A stretch of 64,000 bases of DNA. It comes from Actinomycetota bacterium. Its GTDB lineage: Bacteria > Actinomycetota > Thermoleophilia > Gaiellales > Gaiellaceae. The notes under the pieces were generated by a model. The model made no database searches and was not told the origin of the DNA. It saw only the letters and a list, made by a program, of their open reading frames with translations. The position numbers and the translations under genes are program-made. Of the stretch, positions 28,046 to 36,659 are shown piece after piece. Location of the stretch: the NCBI GenBank assembly GCA_046725345.1, contig JBKOYJ010000028.1, positions 1,300 through 65,299 of the forward strand. Direction: 5' to 3'. The first letter of the stretch is position 1, and every line of letters begins with the position of its first letter.

Positions 28046-28573
28046 GTGGTCGAGCATCGCGTCGACGCTCTCGACCCGCTCGTCGTCGCGCTCTCGCGCC
28101 TGGGAAGCTTCGGTCTCGTCTGGATCTTCGCCGCCGCAGTGGCCGCGGCCGCGTGGCGCCGGCCGGACGTGCTGTGGCTGACGACGGCGTCGGTCGCGGC
28201 GGCCGACCTCGTCGCGCTGGCGCTCAAGACCGCGATCGGCCGTCCGCGTCCGTACGTGCGCTTCCCCGAGCAGGAGCCGCTGCTCCGCACGGCCTTCGAT
28301 TACTCGCTGCCGTCAGGCCATGCGGCGACGAGCTTCGCCGCCGCGACCGTGCTCGTCCGCTTCGCGCCCCGCCTCGCGCCGGCGCTGTTCCCGCTCGCAG
28401 CGGCGATCGCGTGGTCGCGTGTCTACGTCGGCGTCCACTATCCGTCCGACATCCTTCTCGGGGCGCTCCTCGGCGTCGCCGTCGGGCTCGCCGTCGTGGC
28501 CGCGGCGCCTAGAGTTCGTCGCCGGCTTGAAGCAGCCCGGCGACGATCACCACCACTGCCGCCGCCAGGCTGA
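28046..28573 (+). CDS. PAP2-family phosphatase (membrane)
   Basis: KTAIGRPRP...PSGHAATSF...SRVYVGVHYPSD are PAP2 motifs C1-C3. The true start is probably CTG 28013 behind GGAGG (see findings). Confidence 0.8.
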   Translation: MVEHRVDALDPLVVALSRLGSFGLVWIFAAAVAAAAWRRPDVLWLTTASVAAADLVALALKTAIGRPRPYVRFPEQEPLLRTAFDYSLPSGHAATSFAAATVLVRFAPRLAPALFPLAAAIAWSRVYVGVHYPSDILLGALLGVAVGLAVVAAAPRVRRRLEAARRRSPPLPPPG

Positions 28574-29054
28574 TCCAGATCCCGACCGCGCGCCCGTCCG
28601 CGGGGATGAACCGATCCGGGATCGAGATGATCCGGATCAGGACGAAGATCGTCGCGAGCGAGCCGAGCGCGATCACCACGAGGCTCTCGGGGAGCGCGGC
28701 GGGCGGTTCGATCCCGGCGGCACGGAGAGCGATCAGCGCGAGCAGCACCACGCCGGTGAAGAAGACGAGCTTGCCGAGCGCGCCTGTGTCCCACCCGAGC
28801 ACGCTGATGGTGAGCCCGTCGCCCGAGCCCCTGTACCAGCCTGTGAACGCCGACACGGCGAGCACGAGCGAGGCCAGGAGCGTCAGGCGCTCGCCCGTCG
28901 TCCAGAGCCCCTCGCCGCGGCCGGGCACCACCGTCCGGTCGGGCCCGCGGCGCAGACGCCCCGGGTCGCGAGGATCGCGCTCGGACGTTTGCACGGCGCT
29001 CAGTATGGGGACCGCGCCCAGCGCGCGCTTCGCTTGGGATCGATCCGCAGCCAC
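28509..29054 (-). CDS. Hypothetical integral membrane protein
   Basis: 181 aa with four hydrophobic helices. Its 3' end overlaps the PAP2 3' end by 65 nt. Confidence 0.5.
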   Translation of the reverse strand: MAADRSQAKRALGAVPILSAVQTSERDPRDPGRLRRGPDRTVVPGRGEGLWTTGERLTLLASLVLAVSAFTGWYRGSGDGLTISVLGWDTGALGKLVFFTGVVLLALIALRAAGIEPPAALPESLVVIALGSLATIFVLIRIISIPDRFIPADGRAVGIWISLAAAVVVIVAGLLQAGDEL

Positions 29055-29105
29055 CGGTCCCTCGCCCGGGCACCGAAGCCTCGCTCATACATTCGTTACA
29101 GTTCC

Positions 29106-29372
29106 ATGCGCTTGGAAAGCTCGCCGCGCGTCGCGGGCGCACTGGAAGGGGTCGTCTTGGAAGCAACCAACCGTTCGGGAATAGAAGCCTCGGCCGATGG
29201 GTTCGTCGAGTTTCGCGCGGCGGGCGAGGCGGTCGACGGCGAGTACCGCTGCAGCGAGTGCGGCTACGGCGTCGTCGTCGTGGGCGTCCTGCCCGAGTGC
29301 CCCATGTGCCGTTCGACGGCCTGGGAGCGCGGCGCGTGGAGCGGCGTGGGGCGGCTCCACGCCCCGTTGTAA
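29106..29372 (+). CDS. Small zinc-ribbon protein, hypothetical
   Basis: 88 aa from the ATG at 29106. CSECGY...CPMCRS gives a CxxC-x16-CxxC knuckle pair. Confidence 0.45.
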   Translation: MRLESSPRVAGALEGVVLEATNRSGIEASADGFVEFRAAGEAVDGEYRCSECGYGVVVVGVLPECPMCRSTAWERGAWSGVGRLHAPL

Positions 29373-29378
29373 GCGCTA

Positions 29379-29470
29379 AAGCTGCGCTTTCAGCGCTTTC
29401 TGGGTAGACGCTTCGGGTGAGCGCGGCCGAAGAGCGCGGTCTTCGCGCGCTCTTCGGCCGCTGGGCCATA
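29379..29470. repeat. Repeat family B, third (single, diverged) copy
   Basis: gcgctaaagctgcgctttcagcgc... aligns with the 5' ~90 nt of the 144 bp unit. The second hairpin is extended to 16 bp (gcggccgaagagcgcg/cgcgctcttcggccgc). Confidence 0.7.
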
Positions 29471-29472
29471 CT
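29467..29472 (+). promoter_or_regulatory. -10-like hexamer CATACT, 8 nt upstream of ATG 29481
   Basis: Same spacing as the other candidate leaderless promoters. Confidence 0.25.
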
Positions 29473-29480
29473 GGTCCTCG

Positions 29481-32219
29481 ATGGTTGTGGAGCCGAGCCA
29501 GGCGATGGAGTCGCGAGCGGCGTCGTCCGTTCCCGACCTGCAGGCGGTCGCGGCGACGGCTCGAGCTCTCGCCGTCGCGCAGACGCTCGACGAGGCGCTC
29601 CACGAGCTCGTCGGGGCGGCCGCGCGAACGCTCGCCGCGCGAGTGGCCATCGCACGTGTCGTCGATCCAGCGACGCGAACGCTCGCAGCCCGCGCGGTGG
29701 CGAGCGCCTCGCCGGCGCTCGCGGCCGAGGTGGCCGGCTCTCGCCTGCCGCTCGACGTCCTGCCGGCCGAGGAGACCGACGAGACCGGGATGCCGGCGGA
29801 GCTTCGGGCGCTCGCCGAGCGAGCGGGTGCGAGGGCCGTCCTGCTGCTCGCCGTACGCGTCGACGGGGAGGCCGTCGGCAGCCTGGAGCTGCTGCGGGCG
29901 GCGCCGACCTTCTCGGCATCGGAACGGCTACTGGCGCGCATCGCGGCCGACCAGCAGGCCGCCGCGATCCGCGCCTTCGACCTGCCAACGCGAAACGGCG
30001 TCTCGTCGGTGGAGAGCGCGCTCGAGCTCGCCGGCGCGGCGCTCGTGGCGGGATCCGACGAGGAGCGCATCGCGGTCGAGATCGCACGGCTCGCAGCCGC
30101 CGCCACGCGTGCGACGGCCGCCGTCGTGTGGCGACGCGAGGCCGAGGGGGTCGCCGCGGCGGGCGTCTACGGGTCGCGCGAGCGTGCGACGTCGCCCGAG
30201 GCACGCGAGCAAGCGGTGCGCGCGCTCGAGGAGGCACAGCCGCTCGTCGTCGCGCCGAACCGGGGGCTCGCCACGGTCCAGCTGGGCGAGCCCGCGCTCC
30301 ACGCGCTCCAGCTCTTCTTCGAGGAAGATGCTGCGCCGCCGCCGGCAACGCTCGACGCCCTCGCCAGCTTCGCCGTGCGCGCGGCCAACGTGTTGGGCGC
30401 GGGCGAGCGTGCCCGAACGCTCACGACTGAGCTCGAGCGCACGCGAGAGCTGCTGGCGCTTACCGCGCGAATGAACGCCGAGCTCTCGCTCTCGCATCGG
30501 CTCGACGCGGTGGTCGAGCACGTCGCCGAGCTGCTCGGCGCGACGCGGGTCGCCGTGTACCTGCGGGAACGCTCGCAGCTGGAGGCGGCGGCATCGCGTG
30601 GCCTCGAAGGCCCGCACGAGGCGGTCGCCGAACGGCTGCTCGAGCTCGCTATCGGCCCCTTCCGGGCCCGCGGAATGCTCGTCGTCCCCGCCGCCGTCGG
30701 CGATCCACGGCTCTCCGGGCTCGAGGGCGAGCTGGAAGCGACCGGAATCGGGGCGGCCGTCGCCGTGCCGTTGCTCGTGCAGGACAAGGTGACAGGCCTG
30801 CTCGCGGTCTACGGCTGGGGAGGTGACCTCGGCGACAACGAGAGGGCGCTGCTGAGCGCGTTCGCCGCCCAGCTCGCCGTTGCGCTCGAGAACGCGCGCT
30901 TGCACGAGCGTTCGACGAAGCTCGGTGCCGAGCTCGAGAGCGTTCTCGCCTCCGAGCGAGAGTCCGCTAACCGCCTCGCGGCGCTGTACGAGATCTCGCG
31001 TTCGTTCTTGCAGAGCGTGGCTCCCGACGTCGAGCCTGTCGACGCGACGCTGCAGGCCGTCGTCCGGACCGTCGTGGAGCTGCTCGGCGTCGACGCAGCC
31101 GTGATCCGCATGCCCGACGCCCGACGGGAGCTGCTCGTGCCGCGTGCGCTGCACATCGCGGACGAGCGGCTCGATGCGGCCCTACGCGGGATCCTCTCCG
31201 TCCCGCAGCCGCTCGACAAGCTGCCGGGCCGTCGCCTGTTTCGCCAGGGGAAGGCGTTCGTGCTCGACGCGCAGCTCGCGTCGGGGCTGGGCGGTGCGCA
31301 CGAGCTGCTCGTGCCGTTCCTCGAGAAGGGAGGGACGGCGGTGGTGCTACCCGTCGCGAGCCCGAGCGAGCTGCTCGGGACGCTGAAGCTGCTGTCACTC
31401 GACCCGAGCCGGCCGATCACCGAGGAGGCGGTCCAGCTCGGGCTCTCGGTGGCCGCCCAGGCGGCACTCGCGATCGAGAACGCACGCCTGTACGAGCACC
31501 AGAAGTACTTCACGGAGTCGATGCAGCGCTCGCTGCTTCCCAGCACGCTCCCCGACCTCCCCGGCTTTCGGCTCGGCGCGATCTACGCCTCGTCGGCGCA
31601 CGTCGACCTGGGCGGCGATGTCTACGACTACATGCCGCTCGCGGACGGACGGCTGGCAGTCGTGCTGGGCGACGTCACGGGGCACGGGGTCGAGGCGGCG
31701 GCCGACATGGCGATGGCGAAGTTCGTCTTCCGCTCGCTTGCACGCCAGCACGGGGATCCCGGGCGTTTCCTCGCCGCTGCGAACGACGTCGTCTTCGGCG
31801 AGATCGCCTCGGGCAAGTTCATCACGATGCTCTGTGTCACCGTCGATCCGCGAAGCGCGGCCGCCTCGTGCGCGAGCGCAGGCCACCCGGCGCCACGGCT
31901 CGTGCTGCCGGGAGGAGAAGTCAAGCCTCTGTCGGCGCGCGGTCTCGCGCTCGGCATCGAGCCGGGACAGGCCTACGAGGAGGTGCACGAGACGATTCCT
32001 CCAGGCGCGAGCGTCGTCCTGTACACGGACGGCGTCGTCGAGGCGCGACGCGCCGACGAGCTCTACGGCGCGGACCGGCTCGACGCGTTGCTCGTCCGCC
32101 GTTCGAAGCTCGCGCCACAGGACCTCGCCGCGGCCGTGATCGCCGATTGTCGCGCCTTCGCGGGAGGCGACCTTCGCGACGACTGCGCGGTGGTCGTGAT
32201 CCAACGCACGACGGAGTAA
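29481..32219 (+). CDS. Multi-GAF domain PP2C-type (SpoIIE/RsbU-like) protein phosphatase
   Basis: Several GAF-like repeats (each ending ...LALENARLHE / LAIENARLYE). C-terminal GGDVYDY...VVLGDVTGHGVEAA...ASAGHPAP...LYTDGVVEAR PP2C motifs. Confidence 0.85.
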   Translation: MVVEPSQAMESRAASSVPDLQAVAATARALAVAQTLDEALHELVGAAARTLAARVAIARVVDPATRTLAARAVASASPALAAEVAGSRLPLDVLPAEETDETGMPAELRALAERAGARAVLLLAVRVDGEAVGSLELLRAAPTFSASERLLARIAADQQAAAIRAFDLPTRNGVSSVESALELAGAALVAGSDEERIAVEIARLAAAATRATAAVVWRREAEGVAAAGVYGSRERATSPEAREQAVRALEEAQPLVVAPNRGLATVQLGEPALHALQLFFEEDAAPPPATLDALASFAVRAANVLGAGERARTLTTELERTRELLALTARMNAELSLSHRLDAVVEHVAELLGATRVAVYLRERSQLEAAASRGLEGPHEAVAERLLELAIGPFRARGMLVVPAAVGDPRLSGLEGELEATGIGAAVAVPLLVQDKVTGLLAVYGWGGDLGDNERALLSAFAAQLAVALENARLHERSTKLGAELESVLASERESANRLAALYEISRSFLQSVAPDVEPVDATLQAVVRTVVELLGVDAAVIRMPDARRELLVPRALHIADERLDAALRGILSVPQPLDKLPGRRLFRQGKAFVLDAQLASGLGGAHELLVPFLEKGGTAVVLPVASPSELLGTLKLLSLDPSRPITEEAVQLGLSVAAQAALAIENARLYEHQKYFTESMQRSLLPSTLPDLPGFRLGAIYASSAHVDLGGDVYDYMPLADGRLAVVLGDVTGHGVEAAADMAMAKFVFRSLARQHGDPGRFLAAANDVVFGEIASGKFITMLCVTVDPRSAAASCASAGHPAPRLVLPGGEVKPLSARGLALGIEPGQAYEEVHETIPPGASVVLYTDGVVEARRADELYGADRLDALLVRRSKLAPQDLAAAVIADCRAFAGGDLRDDCAVVVIQRTTE

Positions 32220-32302
32220 GGACCGCCGCGGAGGCGCATCCGCGCGTCTCGGGGATCGAGGAGGCGGATGCTCGTGTCTCGCAGCATCGGCTGTCCGCGC
32301 TC

Positions 32303-33784
32303 GTGTTCGGCGCCGGCACCGGAGCGCTGGCAACGGAAATTTGCGCGTCGCGCCTGCTCGCACCGTCGTTCGGCTCGTCGACGGTCGTCTGGGCGAACCT
32401 GATCGGGCTCGTCCTGGCCTCGCTCGCCCTCGGTTACTGGCTCGGGGGTCGGCTCGCCGACCGCCATCCCAGTCCGCGCCTGCTGGGCTCGATCGTGCTG
32501 GGGGCGGGGTTCGCCGTCGCGGCCGTGCCGTTCGTGTCTCGTCCGCTCCTGGAGGTGACGGCACGCGGGCTCGACGAGCTCTCCGCCGGAGCCGTGATCG
32601 GATCGTTCTTCGGAACCCTCATCCTCTTCGCGCCGCCGGTCGTCGCGCTCGGGATGGTCGCTCCCTTCGCAATCCGCCTGGCGCTCGACGACATCGACTC
32701 CGCCGGCTCCGTCGCCGGTCGCCTATACGCGCTCTCGACCGCCGGCAGCCTCGTCGGGACGTTCGTCCCCGCGCTCGTCACGATCCCTCTCGTCGGAACT
32801 CAGCGCACGCTGATCGGCGCCGCCGCGCTGCTGGCGGCTTCGGCGGCGCTCCTTCTCGGCCCTCGCTGGACCGCGGCTCCGCTCGCGCTCGCCGCGCTGG
32901 TCGCCGTCCCGCCGGGAGCGGTGAAGGCGGCCGACGGGCTCATCTACGAGAAGGAGTCGAGGTACCAGTTCATCCAGGTGGTGGAGCGGCACGGCGTCCG
33001 TCGCCTCTACCTCAACGAGGGGATCGTCGTGCACTCGCTCTGGCGCCGCGACACCGTACTGACCGGGGACTACTGGGACGCGTTCCTCGCCGTCCCGCTC
33101 GTGCTCGACCGCCCGCCGCGCCGGCTCGCCGTCCTGGGCAACGCGGGCGGGACGATCGCGCGCGCCTTCGGGCGTTACTACCCGCAAGTGAGGATCGACG
33201 GCGTGGAGATCGACCCGGCCGTCACCGATGCCGGGCGGCGCTTCCTCGGCCTCGGCGACAACCCGCGCCTTACTGTGCACGACGCCGACGCGCGCCCGTT
33301 CCTGCGCCGGACGGACACCCGCTACGACCTCATCTACGCGGACGCCTACCACCAGCCGTACGTCCCCTTCTACCTCGCGACCCGCGAGTTCTTCCGGCTC
33401 GCGCGCGAGCGCCTCCGTCCCGGCGGGGTGCTCGCGCTGAACGTCGCGACGGTGCCGGGCGACCCGCGCCTGGAGCGTGCCCTCGCCGGAACAGCGGCGA
33501 CGGAGTTCGCGGAGGTGCGTGTGTGGCCCGTCCTGCGGTTCAGCCGCGTCGTGCTCGCGTTCACGCGTCCCTACCGCCCGACTCGTCGGGCTGTCGGCGC
33601 GGCGGGGCCGGTCGCAATCCTGGGACGGTTGCTGGAGCGAGAGCTGAGCGCTCCTGTCGAGCCGTCGGCGCATCCGTGGACCGACGATCGCGCGCCGGTT
33701 GAGTGGACCACCGACCGCATGATCCTGGGCTATGCGGCGCGACGCGGCGGGCTCGACGAGACGCCACTGCCGACGGCTCCCTGA
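32303..33784 (+). CDS. Membrane-anchored spermidine synthase-like protein (fused polytopic N-terminus + SpeE-like methyltransferase fold)
   Basis: About 7 TM helices, then YQFIQVVE...LYLNEG...LGNAGGTIAR...VDGVEIDPAV...DLIYADAY...TREFF...L.PGGVLALN. The start is uncertain; the first in-frame GTG with a sensible N-terminus is used. Confidence 0.7.
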   Translation: MFGAGTGALATEICASRLLAPSFGSSTVVWANLIGLVLASLALGYWLGGRLADRHPSPRLLGSIVLGAGFAVAAVPFVSRPLLEVTARGLDELSAGAVIGSFFGTLILFAPPVVALGMVAPFAIRLALDDIDSAGSVAGRLYALSTAGSLVGTFVPALVTIPLVGTQRTLIGAAALLAASAALLLGPRWTAAPLALAALVAVPPGAVKAADGLIYEKESRYQFIQVVERHGVRRLYLNEGIVVHSLWRRDTVLTGDYWDAFLAVPLVLDRPPRRLAVLGNAGGTIARAFGRYYPQVRIDGVEIDPAVTDAGRRFLGLGDNPRLTVHDADARPFLRRTDTRYDLIYADAYHQPYVPFYLATREFFRLARERLRPGGVLALNVATVPGDPRLERALAGTAATEFAEVRVWPVLRFSRVVLAFTRPYRPTRRAVGAAGPVAILGRLLERELSAPVEPSAHPWTDDRAPVEWTTDRMILGYAARRGGLDETPLPTAP

Positions 33785-33856
33785 CGGCGCGCGAGGCGCC
33801 GACAGTCTGCATCCGCCGCCCGACCCGCTGGAACCCAACCGAGCCCTTGGTGAGGC

Positions 33857-33862
33857 TACTCT
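33857..33862 (+). promoter_or_regulatory. -10-like hexamer TACTCT, 6 nt upstream of GTG 33869
   Basis: TANNNT hexamer with no SD. Confidence 0.25.
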
Positions 33863-33868
33863 GACGCC

Positions 33869-34912
33869 GTGAGACGGCTTGGCCTCGCCGCCCTGCTTGT
33901 CGCCTGCGCCGGGGCAGGCGTCTTGGCCGCTGTCATCGCCGCGAGCCCGAGCGCCGCGTCACTCCTCGCGACCGTGACGACGACCACGCCCACCGGCACG
34001 CAGGCGCAGCCGCCTCCGACCCTGCCTCCGCCGCCGGGGCCGCGTGTGATCGCGACCGGGGTCAGCGTCGGCGGCATCCAGGTCGGCGGCCTGACGGAGG
34101 ACGCCGCGCTCTCGGCGGTGCGGACGGCGTTCTTCGCGCCGCTCGTGCTCACCTTCCAGCGGCACGTGTTTCGGCCGACTCCCGGCCGCCTGGGCGCGAC
34201 AGCCGCGATCCGAACTGCCGTTCAGCGCGCGCTCGTGGCGGCACCAGGGACGCGGGTGCCGCTCGCAGTCCGCGTGCACCGCCCGGGCGTCCGTCGCTAC
34301 GTACGCAGGCTCGGCGTCCGCTTCGACCGAGCCCCCACCGACGCGCGGTACGTGCTCCGCAGATCGCGCGCGGTCGTCGTGCGCGACCGACCAGGGCGGG
34401 CGCTCGACCAAGCACGTGCGGTGCAGGCGATCGTCTCGGCCCTGCGTGCCAACCAGCGGCTGCCGATTCGCCTGCGTACCAGACCCGTTCAGGCGACGGT
34501 CACGCGCCGCAAGCTCGGTCCCGCGATCGTCATCCGACGATCCTCGAATCGGCTCACGCTCTACGTCAACGGCCGCCTCTCGCGCGCGTTCGGCATCGCC
34601 ACCGGCCAGAGCCACTATCCAACGCCTCTCGGCCGCTTCTCGATCGTGGTCAAGTGGCGAAACCCCTGGTGGTACCCCCCGAACTCCGACTGGGCGCGGG
34701 GCGCCTCGCCGATCCCGCCCGGCCCTGGCAACCCGCTGGGGACGCGCTGGATGGGGCTCTCGGCGTCGGGCGTCGGCATCCACGGCACGCCCGATGCGGC
34801 ATCGATCGGGTACTCGGTCTCGCACGGCTGCATCCGTATGCGCATCAGCGATGCCGAATGGCTGTTCGAGCACGTGGGGATCGGAACGCCGGTCTTCATC
34901 GTCCCGGCGTGA
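33869..34912 (+). CDS. L,D-transpeptidase (YkuD domain) with signal/anchor sequence
   Basis: TPLGRFSIV...GPGNPLGTRWMGLSASGVGIHGT...SHGCIRM is the catalytic His/Cys motif. Confidence 0.85.
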   Translation: MRRLGLAALLVACAGAGVLAAVIAASPSAASLLATVTTTTPTGTQAQPPPTLPPPPGPRVIATGVSVGGIQVGGLTEDAALSAVRTAFFAPLVLTFQRHVFRPTPGRLGATAAIRTAVQRALVAAPGTRVPLAVRVHRPGVRRYVRRLGVRFDRAPTDARYVLRRSRAVVVRDRPGRALDQARAVQAIVSALRANQRLPIRLRTRPVQATVTRRKLGPAIVIRRSSNRLTLYVNGRLSRAFGIATGQSHYPTPLGRFSIVVKWRNPWWYPPNSDWARGASPIPPGPGNPLGTRWMGLSASGVGIHGTPDAASIGYSVSHGCIRMRISDAEWLFEHVGIGTPVFIVPA

Positions 34913-35457
34913 TGTCCAGCTCGCCGAAGCTCGTTGCCCGGGCGCTCGCCCTCGCCGGCGTCGCCGCCCTGCTCGTGCTGCTGGTGTGGAAGATCGCACA
35001 CCGGGACTCGACGATCGCGGGCGCCGTCCGCGACGGCAAGCGACCGGAGGCCCCGGCGTTCGCACTTCCCCGGCTCGCAGGGGCGGGGACGTTGGCGCTG
35101 ACGTCGCTGCGCGGCCGGACCGTCGTCCTCAACTTCTGGCAGTCGATCTGTCCGCCGTGCGAGGACGAGGCCCCGAGCTTCCAGCGCACGTGGGAGCGCT
35201 ACCGCGACGACGGCGTCGTCTTCGTCGGCGTCGACTTCTGGGATCTGCGCGGAGACGCGCAGCGCTTTGCCAGGCGGTTCGGGATCAGCTACCCGAACGT
35301 CTACGACGGGCCTGGGACGACGCTGCAGCCGTATGGCGTCACAGGCGCCCCCGAGACGTTCTTCATCGATCGCACCGGCCGCGTCGTCGACCACCACGCG
35401 GGGGAGCTGTCGCAACGTGAGCTGACCGAACGGCTCGAGGAGGTGCTCGCGAGCTGA
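34912..35457 (+). CDS. TlpA/ResA/CcmG-like thiol:disulfide oxidoreductase (membrane-anchored thioredoxin fold)
   Basis: N-terminal TM, VVLNFWQSICPPCEDEAP (CxxC), GVTGAPETFFIDRTGRV. Confidence 0.85.
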   Translation: MSSSPKLVARALALAGVAALLVLLVWKIAHRDSTIAGAVRDGKRPEAPAFALPRLAGAGTLALTSLRGRTVVLNFWQSICPPCEDEAPSFQRTWERYRDDGVVFVGVDFWDLRGDAQRFARRFGISYPNVYDGPGTTLQPYGVTGAPETFFIDRTGRVVDHHAGELSQRELTERLEEVLAS

Positions 35458-35468
35458 GGCGGCCGACA

Positions 35469-35927
35469 GTGGTGCTGCTCGTGGGACTGCTCGCGGTGGT
35501 GGCTCCGTCCGCCGCGTTCGCCCGGCGGTGCCCGACGTTGAGCGAGCTGGAGCCGCAGCTCGTCTGTCCGAGCTGCAAGACGACGCTCGATCTCTCGACG
35601 GCGCCCATCGCGGAGCGGATGCGCGTCTTCATTCGCGAGCGAACTGCATCGTGCGCCTCCGAGGACGAGATCAAGGCCGAGCTCGTGGCCCAGTTCGGGC
35701 CGCGTGTGCTGGCGACGCCGCCCAAGCGCGGATTCGACCTGCTCGCGTGGCTCGTTCCGCTCGGCGGGGTGCTGGTAGCGGCTGCAGTTGTCGGCGTCGC
35801 GGCGTGGCGCTGGAGCGCACGCCGAAGTCTGTCGGAGAAGCCGGCGGATCCGTCGTCGAACGGCCAGGCGCGGCTCGAGCCGGACCTCGAACGGCGGCTC
35901 GAGGAAGAGCTCGCGCGCTTTGAGTAG
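35469..35927 (+). CDS. ccmH: Cytochrome c-type biogenesis protein CcmH/NrfF family
   Basis: LVCPSCKTTLDLSTAPIAERMRVFIRERTASCASEDEIKAELVAQFGPRVLATPP followed by a TM helix. Matches the CcmH LRCxxC...SNAPIA...YGDFVLYxPP pattern. Confidence 0.8.
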   Translation: MVLLVGLLAVVAPSAAFARRCPTLSELEPQLVCPSCKTTLDLSTAPIAERMRVFIRERTASCASEDEIKAELVAQFGPRVLATPPKRGFDLLAWLVPLGGVLVAAAVVGVAAWRWSARRSLSEKPADPSSNGQARLEPDLERRLEEELARFE

Positions 35928-35945
35928 CCGATCGTCGTTCGCCCG

Positions 35946-36650
35946 ATGCTGACGAGCGCGCCGATCGCGTTCCTCGCCGGTCTGCTCTCGGTCGTCTCGC
36001 CCTGTGTGCTCCCCCTCGTTCCGGGTTACCTCTCGATCGTCTCCGCGGGTGAGGCTGCGAGGCTCGGCCAGCCCGGCGTGGCACGTCGAGTGGTGCTCGC
36101 GACGGTCCCGTTCTTCGCCGGGTTCACCGTCGTCTTCGTTCTCCTCGGTGCGGCTGCCGCGTTCGTCGCGGAGCAAATCGGCGCGCGAAGCGCGACGTGG
36201 ATCGCCGGCTTCGTGCTCGTCGTGTTCGGGCTCGCCTTCATGGGCCTTCTGCCGCTGCCGAAACGGATCGTGGCGCCAGGCCTCGTCGCGCACGCGCGTA
36301 CCCGGGGGTCGAGCGCGCTGCTCGGCGCGGCCTTCGCCGTCTGCGCGGCGCCGTGCATCGGCCCGGTGCTCGCCGGGATACTCGTGCTCGCGGGAGACGC
36401 GGGAACGGTCGTGCGCGGCTCCGTCCTGCTCGCGTTCTACTCCGCAGGGATCGCGCTCGCGTTTCTCGCGGCGGGGATCGGGTTCGCCCGCGCGCTGTCC
36501 GGATTCCGCTGGTTGCGCGACCGCTACACCGCGATTCAGGCGGGCAGCGGGGCGGTGCTCGTCGCGTTCGGCCTGCTGCTCTTCTTCGATCGCTACTGGT
36601 GGCTTCAGCTCGCGTTCGACCGGACGCTCGGGGCAGTCGGCCTCGAGTAA
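35946..36650 (+). CDS. ccdA: Cytochrome c biogenesis protein CcdA (DsbD-family thiol-disulfide transporter)
   Basis: GLLSVVSPCVLPLVPGYLS and AVCAAPCIGPVL are the two conserved Cys motifs. Six TM helices. Confidence 0.85.
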   Translation: MLTSAPIAFLAGLLSVVSPCVLPLVPGYLSIVSAGEAARLGQPGVARRVVLATVPFFAGFTVVFVLLGAAAAFVAEQIGARSATWIAGFVLVVFGLAFMGLLPLPKRIVAPGLVAHARTRGSSALLGAAFAVCAAPCIGPVLAGILVLAGDAGTVVRGSVLLAFYSAGIALAFLAAGIGFARALSGFRWLRDRYTAIQAGSGAVLVAFGLLLFFDRYWWLQLAFDRTLGAVGLE

Positions 36651-36659
36651 AGCCACCTA

